Below are positions 63,101 to 64,000 of a DNA stretch of 64,000 bases, in pieces. The stretch's first letter is position 1, and every line of letters begins with the position of its first letter. Both the position numbers and the translations under genes were made by a program. The notes beneath the pieces are model-generated. The model was not told the origin of the DNA and did not search any database. It saw nothing but the letters and a program-made list of their open reading frames with translations. Origin of the DNA: the human T2T-CHM13v2.0 reference genome, Homo sapiens; the NCBI RefSeq assembly GCF_009914755.1, contig NC_060939.1, one strand, 5' to 3'.

Positions 63101-64000
63101 TGAGGCTGGGTGCGCTTGCTCATACCTGTAATCCCAGCACTTTGGGAAGCCGAGGCGGGTAGATCATGAGGTCGGGTTCGAGAGCAGCCAGGCCAACATG
63201 GTGAAACCCCGTCTGTACTAAAAAAAAAATACAAAAATTAGCTGGGCATGGTGGTGGCATGCGCCTGTAATCCTGGCTGCTCAAGAGGGTAAGGCAGAAT
63301 TGCTTGAACCCGGGAGGTGGAGGTTCCACTGAGCTGAGATCTGCACTCCAGCCTGGGTGACAGAGCAAGACTCCATCTTGAAAAAAAACAAAACAACAAA
63401 AAAGCCTCCAAATACTTAGCTGAGCTTACATTTTAAAGAGCGGTACTGCATTATTACGTAGATACATTTATTGAATGTCTCATGTTCTAGGCACAGTCAC
63501 TGGTCTTCAGTGAAGGCACTCTGCCTTCATGGAGCTGACATTCTGTTCTGTGTGTGGGAACATAATAAACAGAATGGTTTCAGGTAGTGGTAAGTGCCAT
63601 GAGGAAAATAGGACCATGTGATACGGCATGGATGGAAGTGGTTTTACTGTAGATTGAGTGGTTAGGGAGGGCCTTTTTAGAGGTGGTAATTTGACCTGTG
63701 ACTTCAATGACTAGAAAAAATCAGCCATAGTGACGATTTGGAGGAAGACTGCTACAGATAGCAGGGGCGGCAAATGCATTAGGTGAGGTTTGTTTCTAGA
63801 GAATCTACAAATGTAAATTAATTATTTGGTTTGTCTGTTAAGCTTTTCATATTTGCTGTCAGATGATGTAGACAGATTAAAATTATTTTATGTGTAGTAA
63901 CCAAATACAATATGTTGGTGTTGTTTAAACCCTGACTCAAACCAATTGTAGAAAGTCATTTTTGAAACATTGGGGGAAATCTGAATATGGATGGGTATTA

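Overview
Human-like, Alu-saturated genomic DNA. I recognise it as the head-to-head SLTM / RNF111 (Arkadia) locus on chr15q22. The left end holds SLTM coding exons 1-2 on the minus strand (SAP domain) and its CpG-island promoter. The right end holds the RNF111 CpG island, non-coding exon 1 and the start of intron 1 on the plus strand. The ~54 kb between them is mostly Alu, L1, L2, MIR, MaLR/ERV1 LTRs and DNA-transposon relics; almost all ORFs in the supplied track are Alu or simple-repeat artefacts. The main hidden feature, missed by the ORF track, is an old, apparently full-length processed pseudogene of RBFA (mitochondrial ribosome-binding factor A) at ~38836-39975 (-). It carries a 126-bp antisense L1MC-type insert whose ends match the element's cryptic splice sites as I recall them. 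It may therefore be a fossil of an RBFA mRNA isoform that had exonised an L1 poison exon. Other points of interest are an Alu-tail (GAA/TTC)~26 tract nested in a decayed hAT transposase ~5.3 kb upstream of RNF111, a CpG-retaining hairpin island at ~23.3 kb, two strong CTCF motifs (one in MER20), motifs shared by both promoters, and nested TE stacks. Gene and repeat identities come from recall of known sequences, not from a database search.
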